Origin: an uncultured Fluviicola sp.
GTDB lineage: Bacteria > Bacteroidota > Bacteroidia > Flavobacteriales_D > Crocinitomicaceae
DNA length: 64,000 nucleotides
NCBI GenBank assembly: GCA_965650275.1
Contig: CBFGNV010000012.1
Location: 3,111-67,110 of the forward strand
Reading direction: 5' to 3'
Shown: positions 10,382 to 17,645 of the stretch, piece by piece
Layout: every line of letters begins with the position of its first letter
Numbering within the stretch: position 1 is the first letter of the stretch
Position numbers and translations under genes: made by a program
The notes under the pieces: model-generated
The model's input: only the letters and a program-made list of their open reading frames with translations
The model's database searches: none
What the model was told of the DNA's origin: nothing

Positions 10382-10888
10382 TTATTTGTTGCGATCTTTT
10401 AGCAGTTGATCAATCCGTTCTTTGTCGAACAAAAGTCGCTGTTTGAAAATTTCCAGCATAGCTAAATAATCTTCTTTTGAAAAATTCAATTCCTGAATTT
10501 GATCGAACCATTCTACCGTTGAACCCACTTTCTCCGCTTCCCATTCGCTGGTTTTGTCTGATCCAAGTTGCTTCCATTGAATGATATCGCCACAATTTCT
10601 AATTTCAGCTACAATCAATGTGCACGAAAAATCATTGTCGTCCGGACACATCAAAATCGGACAAACGGAAGTTTCATTCTCATCCGGTAATATTCGTTTC
10701 CAGACCACTTCCTTTTCATCGTTTCGATCCATCCAATACACGAGGGTTGGAATGAGTCCTTTGTAACTTTGCTCAGGATAGAGCTCATCCAACTTTTCGT
10801 CCAACCAATAACCGTCAATGTGATAGTTAATGAAATCCCAATAGTCTTCATAATCGCTTTTATCCAGTATTCCTTCTATTTTGTTCAT
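10382..10888 (-). CDS. Acidic hypothetical protein with a CPILMCPDDNDFSC motif
   Basis: 168 aa ORF packed in a same-strand run. Confidence 0.65.
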   Translation of the reverse strand: MNKIEGILDKSDYEDYWDFINYHIDGYWLDEKLDELYPEQSYKGLIPTLVYWMDRNDEKEVVWKRILPDENETSVCPILMCPDDNDFSCTLIVAEIRNCGDIIQWKQLGSDKTSEWEAEKVGSTVEWFDQIQELNFSKEDYLAMLEIFKQRLLFDKERIDQLLKDRNK

Positions 10889-10892
10889 GGTA

Positions 10893-11501
10893 TTACTTGT
10901 CTAGGTAGCTTGCGGGTCCGTGATATAGAATTCCATTGACAGTTTTGGTTTCTTTCTCAAATTGACTAGGATTTATTGTTCCATCAAACGATTCAGAATA
11001 AAAAAGACTTTTATCTTTTTTCATTTTCAATCTGAATTTGGTTTTCATTTTTCCGTTGTACTCTTTAATTGGAATCATCACATATTTTCCAGGTTCAAGA
11101 CTCAACGGTTCAAAATAGCTGTTCCCGCAACCGCTGTAAACCCAATATTCAATTGGTTGCCATTCTCCTTCAGCATTTTGTGCTTCCTGAATCATAATCA
11201 GGCTGCCGTCTTGACGGTTAGCATTGAATATTGAATCGGTTGTATTGATGAGGTATGCTGTAAAATAATCTTTAGGATTAGATTCCATCCAAACAAAGGA
11301 ATTCGTATCCAGATCTTTTACTTTTAGATTTTTATCAAAGTAAAAGTAAGTTTGATTTGGTCTAAGCTCAGAAAATGTAGAGTCGATATCCAAAGGTTCT
11401 GAACATTCATAAAATGCCCGTCTGTTTCCTTTATCGCTTTTGTTAAGAAAGCTGCAGAACAGAAGTAATACTAGGACAAAAAGGAATGGTTTTCTATTCA
11501 T
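10893..11501 (-). CDS. Hypothetical exported protein or lipoprotein
   Basis: Hydrophobic N-terminus with Cys; ATG 11501 (the track uses TTG 11531). Confidence 0.65.
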   Translation of the reverse strand: MNRKPFLFVLVLLLFCSFLNKSDKGNRRAFYECSEPLDIDSTFSELRPNQTYFYFDKNLKVKDLDTNSFVWMESNPKDYFTAYLINTTDSIFNANRQDGSLIMIQEAQNAEGEWQPIEYWVYSGCGNSYFEPLSLEPGKYVMIPIKEYNGKMKTKFRLKMKKDKSLFYSESFDGTINPSQFEKETKTVNGILYHGPASYLDK

Positions 11502-11543
11502 AAGTGATATTTTATTACCTAATACATTCAATTACTCAAAAGT

Positions 11544-12617
11544 TCATTTTGACGTTTTCCAAACTTCGAATTTCTTCCCATTGAATTTGTAAACACCATT
11601 TTCATGCGTTCCCAGCCAGATATTTCCAGAATTATCCGAATAAATGTAAAACGTATGGATGTCTTTTCCATTGTTCTGAACAGGATATCGAATAATCTTC
11701 TTTCCATTGATGCAATAAACACCGTCGTTATATGTGGCAATCCAAAGATTGTGCTTCTTGTCTTTTGAAATGGATAAATATTCGTTCAGATTATCATTTC
11801 TTTTTTTGTCCAGATTTCCGACACTCTTTTCTTTTGTGTAGAATCCTTTTGAAGATGATTTCTGGTTATAAACGTTGTACTTATAAGCAGAATTGAACCA
11901 GAAGTATCCGTTTTTATCTTCGATTATTGAGCGTACTCCATTCGAAGGTCCATCATGAAGTTCTGTGACATCTTCTTCAGCAATCCATTGAAAGTTCTCG
12001 CCGTTGAATCTGCAAGCTCCTAATGTTGCAGTTCCGAACCAAACATTTCCTTTGCTGTCGTTGTAAATGGTATAAACGGCGTAAGGATTTGGTCGATCTG
12101 GATATTTTGCCCTGAGCTCTTCTCCAACCGGAACAGGTGGAAGTTTCAGGCTGTGTAGTTTTTCTCCGTCGTAACGAAAAATCAAACCTTCCGATTGCCA
12201 GTTTTTGAACCAGAGATCGTCGGGATTCAATTTCCATTCGCTTTCGGTCGAATTGGCTACCAACAATGAGGTAAACTGCTTTCCATCGAATCGACATACA
12301 CCTGAACTTGTACTTAAATAGAGATTACCTGATTTGTCTTCTTTGATCTCTTCAACTCTGTTGCTTGGTAATCCATGTTTTGTGGTGTAATGAAGAATCG
12401 TTTTTCCATTGTAACTGTACAAACCCTCTTCCCAGCTGCCAAACCAGTAGCTGTTCTTTTTGTCTTGATAAACAACCATGATGTTTTTGCTGAGTTCAGT
12501 TACTGTGTCACCGCGTACGATGAAAAGATCTTTGCCTTTGCCCGGATTTGTAGATCCTGAGCAACCGCTTGCAACGAAAAAAGGTAAACAGAAGAAAAGA
12601 AGATTTCGGAGTTTCAT
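11544..12617 (-). CDS. Lipoprotein with two-component-regulator beta-propeller (Reg_prop) repeats
   Basis: Lipobox ASG-C; repeats of D..GN(L/I)W.GT (EDKSGNLYLST, NDSKGNVWFGT, EDKNGYFWFNS, SDNSGNIWLGT). Confidence 0.85.
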   Translation of the reverse strand: MKLRNLLFFCLPFFVASGCSGSTNPGKGKDLFIVRGDTVTELSKNIMVVYQDKKNSYWFGSWEEGLYSYNGKTILHYTTKHGLPSNRVEEIKEDKSGNLYLSTSSGVCRFDGKQFTSLLVANSTESEWKLNPDDLWFKNWQSEGLIFRYDGEKLHSLKLPPVPVGEELRAKYPDRPNPYAVYTIYNDSKGNVWFGTATLGACRFNGENFQWIAEEDVTELHDGPSNGVRSIIEDKNGYFWFNSAYKYNVYNQKSSSKGFYTKEKSVGNLDKKRNDNLNEYLSISKDKKHNLWIATYNDGVYCINGKKIIRYPVQNNGKDIHTFYIYSDNSGNIWLGTHENGVYKFNGKKFEVWKTSK

Positions 12618-12647
12618 AAAAGCAATATACAATGTTTCTTAATGAAG

Positions 12648-13181
12648 CTAGAAATTTAAAGTTTTCTGAACATTTTTCACTTTGCTTGTGATGAGTTTTG
12701 ATAGGTGGTCGAATTCTAATTCACTCATAGAGCTTCTTGGTAAAAGAACATTTGTATCAGAGAATAGCCAAATTAATCGCTCATTTATCACGGCTTTTTC
12801 AATAATCGTCCAATCCTGTTTCAGGGTGTCGTTGTCATGAATGTGAACGAATGAAGTTTCGTTATAACTTAAACGTAAATCTTTTGTGTTTTCAGCTTTC
12901 GTCAAGAATTCTTCTACACTTTTTCTCCATTGAATTACGTTACGTGCGGCTTTCCAAAATTCATAAACAACTGCGAATAAAAAAATAATCGCAAATAGTA
13001 AAAGTCCAAGTTCCTGAATATACCAGGAGTAAAAAGCTAGAGGAGGGACCAGAATCACTCCAATGATTAGAAAAGTGGATTGTTTTTTTGTGGATTGGCC
13101 AAAGAAAAGTTTGTGTTGATTATCACGAAAGTAAATTGATCGCAAATCGTCAATATCAACGCTCATTTTTATTTCCGTCAT
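12648..13181 (-). CDS. YcxB-like membrane protein
   Basis: Two TM helices, then the W..I...........LLPRSS-type C-terminal domain. Confidence 0.6.
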   Translation of the reverse strand: MTEIKMSVDIDDLRSIYFRDNQHKLFFGQSTKKQSTFLIIGVILVPPLAFYSWYIQELGLLLFAIIFLFAVVYEFWKAARNVIQWRKSVEEFLTKAENTKDLRLSYNETSFVHIHDNDTLKQDWTIIEKAVINERLIWLFSDTNVLLPRSSMSELEFDHLSKLITSKVKNVQKTLNF

Positions 13182-13224
13182 TTTATTTTTCTATTTACTT
13201 GTGTCGATACTTTTACAGTGAACT

Positions 13225-13584
13225 TTATTGCTTCAAATAAACAATCTTTCGCTTTTTAAACAAAGAAATCCTTTCTTTTCTGCAGATAACAATGACTCCA
13301 TCGTCCGTTTGATTCAGACTCAATTCATTGATGCTTTTTAGTTCGCTATTGAATTTGACAGGAGTTAGTTTCACAGAGTTTTTAGACACAGAATATTCTC
13401 CAATGCACAAAACAGTATCACCCCAAACTGCATATTGGTAGGTGTGATCACCATCGAAAATAAATGTTTCGTAGCAAGAAATTCCGCAAGTGTAACGGAA
13501 TTCTCCTTTGAGCAAGGGTTTGGTTTGAGCGAAAGTTGAAAAAGCTAAAAACTGCAACGAAAGGAAGATGAATTGTCTTTTCAT
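13225..13584 (-). CDS. Secreted hypothetical protein
   Basis: Signal peptide from ATG 13584 (MKRQFIFLSLQFLAFSTFAQ), 2 nt after the stop of the upstream nuclease gene. Confidence 0.6.
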   Translation of the reverse strand: MKRQFIFLSLQFLAFSTFAQTKPLLKGEFRYTCGISCYETFIFDGDHTYQYAVWGDTVLCIGEYSVSKNSVKLTPVKFNSELKSINELSLNQTDDGVIVICRKERISLFKKRKIVYLKQ

Positions 13585-13586
13585 GA

Positions 13587-14663
13587 TTATTCTCTCCTTA
13601 TCTTTCTTAGCCATGAATCCCATGATTCAACATCTAGACGAATTGATTCTGTTTCACGGTCGTGCCTTTTTTTACTTTCCTTCAAATCATTTTCGGTTCT
13701 TCCTCCAATGACTACGGTATACACATTAATGTCTTTATTGGAGTCAACTTCCAGGTGATCAGATGGTCCAATAAACGCATTGTAAATCTTAGAACCACTT
13801 TCAACAGCTTCTCTTATTTTATGAATCTTCTTTCTAAACTCATTACGATTCTCAGTAATATAGCGCATTCTTTGCCGCAACTGATGCATAGCACTTTCTA
13901 TTTTACTGTTGAATTTATCGTAATGTCCTTTATTGAAAATATTAAACTCAGCTCCTTTTACTTCCACGAGGATAACATCCATTCTAGATATTCCGGAAAG
14001 CACTACAAAATCAACATATCCATCACCTACAGGAAATTCAGAAAAACAAATGTAATCTTCTGTTGGGTGAGCATATACTTCCGCGAAAATGGATAAATCC
14101 TTTTTTAATAGATTCTGAATATCTTGCTCACTTGCTCCATTATCAATTAATTCTTGAATTGATAGTTTTGAAATTTTACCATCTTCTATTTCGAATTTCT
14201 TTTTAAGCCGTTTAATGTCATGAGAATTGGGTAAATTTAAAAGCGGGTTAATCTCCGTTCTGAGTTTTCCAATATCATTGACTAATCTAAGGTCACTCAT
14301 TGTTGGAGTTTCGAATTCCTTCATACTACAATCCACCAGTTCTGAGACTTTAGAGCGCTTGAGCGATTCCCATATTGGTCTGTTTTCACCGTCAAATGTT
14401 ACAAGCTCGAAAACTTCTCGTGAAACACCGCCCATTTCATAGTGCTCTATGAAAATCGTATTAGATGGTACTTCGTAGTTTTTTATTAGTGATTCAACAA
14501 TTGATTCAATAGAGTTTGTAATTGATGCAGAAGGATTTTCGTCTATTTCAGTGATTAGAGCCACAATTTTACCTGCTTTGTTATTGAATATTCGTAGACG
14601 ACATAAACCATCGTTTCTGGAGCCCATACAGGGATATCTGTATATCTTATCGCTAATTTTCAT
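13587..14663 (-). CDS. Shedu (SduA/DUF4263)-like PD-(D/E)xK anti-phage nuclease with an unassigned N-terminal domain
   Basis: C-terminal SEQDIQNLL...SEFPVG...VDFVVL...LVEVKG...SAMHQ...VVIGGR...ESWDSWL follows the DUF4263 pattern. The gene reads visibly more AT-rich than the flanking core genes. Confidence 0.75.
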   Translation of the reverse strand: MKISDKIYRYPCMGSRNDGLCRLRIFNNKAGKIVALITEIDENPSASITNSIESIVESLIKNYEVPSNTIFIEHYEMGGVSREVFELVTFDGENRPIWESLKRSKVSELVDCSMKEFETPTMSDLRLVNDIGKLRTEINPLLNLPNSHDIKRLKKKFEIEDGKISKLSIQELIDNGASEQDIQNLLKKDLSIFAEVYAHPTEDYICFSEFPVGDGYVDFVVLSGISRMDVILVEVKGAEFNIFNKGHYDKFNSKIESAMHQLRQRMRYITENRNEFRKKIHKIREAVESGSKIYNAFIGPSDHLEVDSNKDINVYTVVIGGRTENDLKESKKRHDRETESIRLDVESWDSWLRKIRRE

Positions 14664-14693
14664 TTAGATTTCTTCGTGAATAAGTGATTATTC

Positions 14694-14701
14694 CAAATAT
14701 A
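14694..14701 (-). promoter_or_regulatory. -7 element TATATTTG upstream of the Shedu-like gene
   Basis: Exact TAnnTTTG match about 30 nt upstream of ATG 14663. Confidence 0.55.
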
Positions 14702-14768
14702 AAAAAATGTATGAATTAAATCACTTCATGAAATTTGTGTATTCGTGGTTGATTGGAATAGTGTTAAC

Positions 14769-14801
14769 AAAAAAAAATCCCAGCTCAATTAAGAACCGGG
14801 A
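14769..14801 (-). terminator. Weak intrinsic terminator after the 63-aa peptide gene
   Basis: Imperfect TCCCGGTTC/GAGCTGGGA stem followed by T9 on the minus strand. Confidence 0.4.
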
Positions 14802-14824
14802 CTTCAATATCTTTAGAAAGTGAA

Positions 14825-15016
14825 TTAAGCAGCTTTCTTAGAGCAGCAAGAACCTCCTTTGCTTTCGCAACCTTTCTTAGTAGATTTTTTCTTCTTTTTC
14901 TTATCGTCGTCTTTCTTAACAACTACAGTATGATTTCCTGAAGCTGCAGCGTAAACGTTCGCAGACATAGATCCTACGAAAAGTGCTAGAGTAGCTGCTA
15001 CAAATACCTTTTTCAT
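14825..15016 (-). CDS. Small secreted Lys/Cys-rich peptide
   Basis: Signal peptide ending in VYA, then KKDDDKKKKKKSTKKGCESKGGSCCSKKAA. Codon choices resemble those of the ribosomal protein genes. Confidence 0.7.
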   Translation of the reverse strand: MKKVFVAATLALFVGSMSANVYAAASGNHTVVVKKDDDKKKKKKSTKKGCESKGGSCCSKKAA

Positions 15017-15063
15017 AATATTTTTAATTAATGTGTGTAATTACAGGGACTAATATACATTCT

Positions 15064-15131
15064 TTATTGAAGTACTCCAAGCTTCGTTAACTTAGCTTTA
15101 ACATCTTCACCAATTTTAACATCTAATGGTA
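15064..15131 (-). pseudogene. Orphan diverged copy of the psd 3' end
   Basis: Encodes PLDVKIGEDVKAKLTKLGVLQ* versus psd ...IDVKIGDDVQAKLTKLGVLK*. 53/60 nt identical between 15064-15123 and 15797-15856 (counted by eye). Confidence 0.85.
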
Positions 15132-15680
15132 TTACTTACATACCATATTGTAAAGCCTGATCATTTCCATGAACTCGTCTTCTTTCTTAGAATATTCACC
15201 TTTGAATCGTTTTACAAATTCGGGACATTCTTGTAAATATGGCTTAATGTTATCTTCGATTGTTTTGCTATTGATATCATATAAGATTCCTTCTGGTGTT
15301 CGCATAACAAATCTGTTTTTACTTGCTCCATCTGTTCCTGAATCTTGGTAGACAATAATCTTTCCATCTACTGCTCGCCATTCAAAACGTGAATAACCAT
15401 CGGGTTTATTCAGATTCTGTGGTATTTTATCAGACGTAATTCCATGATAATAGACTGTGGTTATGTTCTGAACATTTTCTTTTCCTTTAATACTGACCTC
15501 TTCTCCTTCAATATCTTTATAGGTGACTTTTTTTAAATCCCCTTGTGCACCAACTATGCACTCCAGTTCACTACAAAATGTAGTATCACTGTTGTTTACA
15601 ATAAAATAGTCTTGAGCTGAAACTTTCATCCCAGTAGCGATGAAGATGGATAGAATAATCTGGTTTTTAAGTGTTTTCAT
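15132..15680 (-). CDS. Secreted hypothetical protein
   Basis: 182 aa with a signal peptide (KVSA-QD); its stop directly abuts the psd-tail copy. Confidence 0.7.
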   Translation of the reverse strand: MKTLKNQIILSIFIATGMKVSAQDYFIVNNSDTTFCSELECIVGAQGDLKKVTYKDIEGEEVSIKGKENVQNITTVYYHGITSDKIPQNLNKPDGYSRFEWRAVDGKIIVYQDSGTDGASKNRFVMRTPEGILYDINSKTIEDNIKPYLQECPEFVKRFKGEYSKKEDEFMEMIRLYNMVCK

Positions 15681-15722
15681 TTAGATTAAATTATGAAGTG
15701 GTATTAAGAATTAAATTTAAAT

Positions 15723-15758
15723 AAAAATCGCGATCTATCAATATAGACCGCGATTCTT
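15723..15758 (-). terminator. Intrinsic terminator after psd
   Basis: AATCGCGGTCTAT/ATAGATCGCGATT stem followed by a T-run on the minus strand. Confidence 0.7.
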
Positions 15759-15796
15759 TATCTTTTTCTGAAACTTTTTAAGCAGAAATAATTTCT

Positions 15797-16462
15797 TTAT
15801 TTCAACACTCCAAGCTTCGTTAACTTAGCTTGAACATCGTCACCAATCTTAACATCAATCTGTGTTCCTAATGGTAAGAAAATATCAACACGAGATCCGA
15901 ACTTAATGAAACCGAATTCTCCTCCGGTTACTGCTTGTTCTCCTTCTTTTGCATAATAACAAATGCGACGTGCTACGGCTCCTGCAATCTGGCGGAACAA
16001 TACTTCTTGTCCGGTTGCATGTTCTACAACTACTGTACTTCTTTCGTTGTCTGTTGAACTTTTCGGATGCCATGCCACCAGAAATAATCCTTTGTGATAC
16101 TTCACGTATTTCACTTTTCCACTGGTAGGGTAGTAGTTGGCATGCACATTTAACGGCGACATGAAAATAGAAACCTGAATTCTTCTATCCTTGAAATATT
16201 CAGTTTCTTCTACTTCTTCAATAACCACCACTTTTCCGTCAGCCGGACAAAGCAAATCATTTGGTTCGAATGTAAATGTTCTCTTCGGGATACGGAAGAA
16301 TTGAACCACTAAATAGAGCATTACCAAACAGCCAAGGCTCAACAACCAGAACAACCAAGCCCAACCGGTCATTTGTAATAAATACCAATTTCCAACTTCA
16401 ATTGCTCCCAAAACCAATAATGCAATCAGAATTGTAGCTGTTCCTTCTCTGTGTAATGTCAT
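15797..16462 (-). CDS. psd: Phosphatidylserine decarboxylase proenzyme
   Basis: CPADGKVV, SIFMSPLNVHAN, RQIAGAVARRI, and FGSRVD self-cleavage motif. Confidence 0.93.
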   Translation of the reverse strand: MTLHREGTATILIALLVLGAIEVGNWYLLQMTGWAWLFWLLSLGCLVMLYLVVQFFRIPKRTFTFEPNDLLCPADGKVVVIEEVEETEYFKDRRIQVSIFMSPLNVHANYYPTSGKVKYVKYHKGLFLVAWHPKSSTDNERSTVVVEHATGQEVLFRQIAGAVARRICYYAKEGEQAVTGGEFGFIKFGSRVDIFLPLGTQIDVKIGDDVQAKLTKLGVLK

Positions 16463-16498
16463 TTTTTCGAATTAATTCGGCGTAAAGATAGTAAATAG

Positions 16499-16516
16499 TC
16501 CCGATAGCTATCGGGA
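16499..16516. repeat. Perfect palindrome TCCCGATAGCTATCGGGA
   Basis: Intergenic; related TCCCGA..TCGGGA hairpins at 6804-6819, 17604-17635 and 34163-34184. Confidence 0.7.
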
Positions 16517-16614
16517 GAAGACGAAAGTCGAAAGAAGAAAGACTTGTTAATGTGAAAGGTCACTTGAGCAAATGAATCTGGACTTTATTAGTTGTGGATC
16601 GTTATGCTGTTCTA

Positions 16615-16668
16615 GTGTCAGATTGAGTGATTCATGCGGGAGCATGAATAGTATCGAAAGCTGACAAC
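16615..16668 (+). ncRNA. Structured repeat, copy 1 (stem-TGAGTG-hairpin-GTATCGAA-stem; possibly Flavo-1-like)
   Basis: GTCAG/CTGAC outer stem and TTCATGC-GGGA-GCATGAA inner hairpin. The Rfam assignment is from memory and unverified. Confidence 0.55.
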
Positions 16669-16669
16669 A

Positions 16670-17569
16670 CTACGCCAGAATCAAGATCACAAACACAATC
16701 GGCGCAGCAAACAGCATCGCATCAATTCTATCCAGAATTCCACCATGACCAGGTAAAATTCCACCTGAATCTTTTACTCCTGCTGTACGTTTCAATCTAC
16801 TTTCGAAGAAATCTCCAAGTGTTGCTAAAACAGAAACCAAAGCGCTCACAATTGCGATTAGCAAGTAATCCTTGTTCGTTGTGAATTCGTTTCTATTGAA
16901 ATAAAGCAATACAACCATTGTAATTGCGGCAATCAACATTCCGCCAATAAATCCTTCCCAGGTTTTCTTAGGTGAAACGCGCGGAAACATTAAGTGTTTT
17001 CCAAACAATCTTCCCGAAATATAAGCGAAGGTATCGTTCAAGTAAATAGGGAGCAAGGCAATGAAAAGAAGCGGTTTGATTTCCTTCGGGCTAAGTGTAT
17101 AAGCTACAGACAACAATCCTAGTGGAATAGCAATGTATAGAACGTTTAAAGGAAATACGAACTTGTAAATCGCTTCAACAGATCCTTTTACAAAGATCAA
17201 CGACGTAAAAATGATAATACTGATGACAACAAGGATGGATCCGATAATTACCAGTTTATAGATCAATTCACCGTTTTCAGGAGCCATCAAAATGGAGTTC
17301 AATGGTAAGTCAGGGAATAGTCCTTTGATACTCACAATCAACATTGGTAGGAATAATGCCGTATTAAATAGCAAAGCCGGCAACATCAGGTTGGAAGGAA
17401 ACGCTGTTCCCTTTCCCATCTTGAACAATTCGTACGTGCCCAACATCACGAAGACGTAAAGCGTTAAATTGAAAATGTTTGTATTGTTCTTTACGTCAAG
17501 AACAAAAGGGGCAAATACGAAAAGTAAAAATACTATTCCGAATATACCCCTTTGTATCAATTCTCTCAT
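16670..17569 (-). CDS. cdsA: Phosphatidate cytidylyltransferase
   Basis: NDTFAYISG, VSPKKTWEGFIGG, GDFFES.LKR.AGVKDSG.ILPGHGGILDRID. Confidence 0.95.
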   Translation of the reverse strand: MRELIQRGIFGIVFLLFVFAPFVLDVKNNTNIFNLTLYVFVMLGTYELFKMGKGTAFPSNLMLPALLFNTALFLPMLIVSIKGLFPDLPLNSILMAPENGELIYKLVIIGSILVVISIIIFTSLIFVKGSVEAIYKFVFPLNVLYIAIPLGLLSVAYTLSPKEIKPLLFIALLPIYLNDTFAYISGRLFGKHLMFPRVSPKKTWEGFIGGMLIAAITMVVLLYFNRNEFTTNKDYLLIAIVSALVSVLATLGDFFESRLKRTAGVKDSGGILPGHGGILDRIDAMLFAAPIVFVILILA

Positions 17570-17645
17570 AGAGTCGTTTGTAATCTATTTCATATTATGA
17601 AGTGATCCCGATCCCGCATGTGTGGGACAGGGATCTACTTCGTAA

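Noticed and set aside
10343-14663. Integron-like cassette array
   Set aside because: Intergenic gaps (2-45 nt) are too short for attC sites, I saw no repeated RYYYAAC..GTTRRRY boxes, and there is no integrase.
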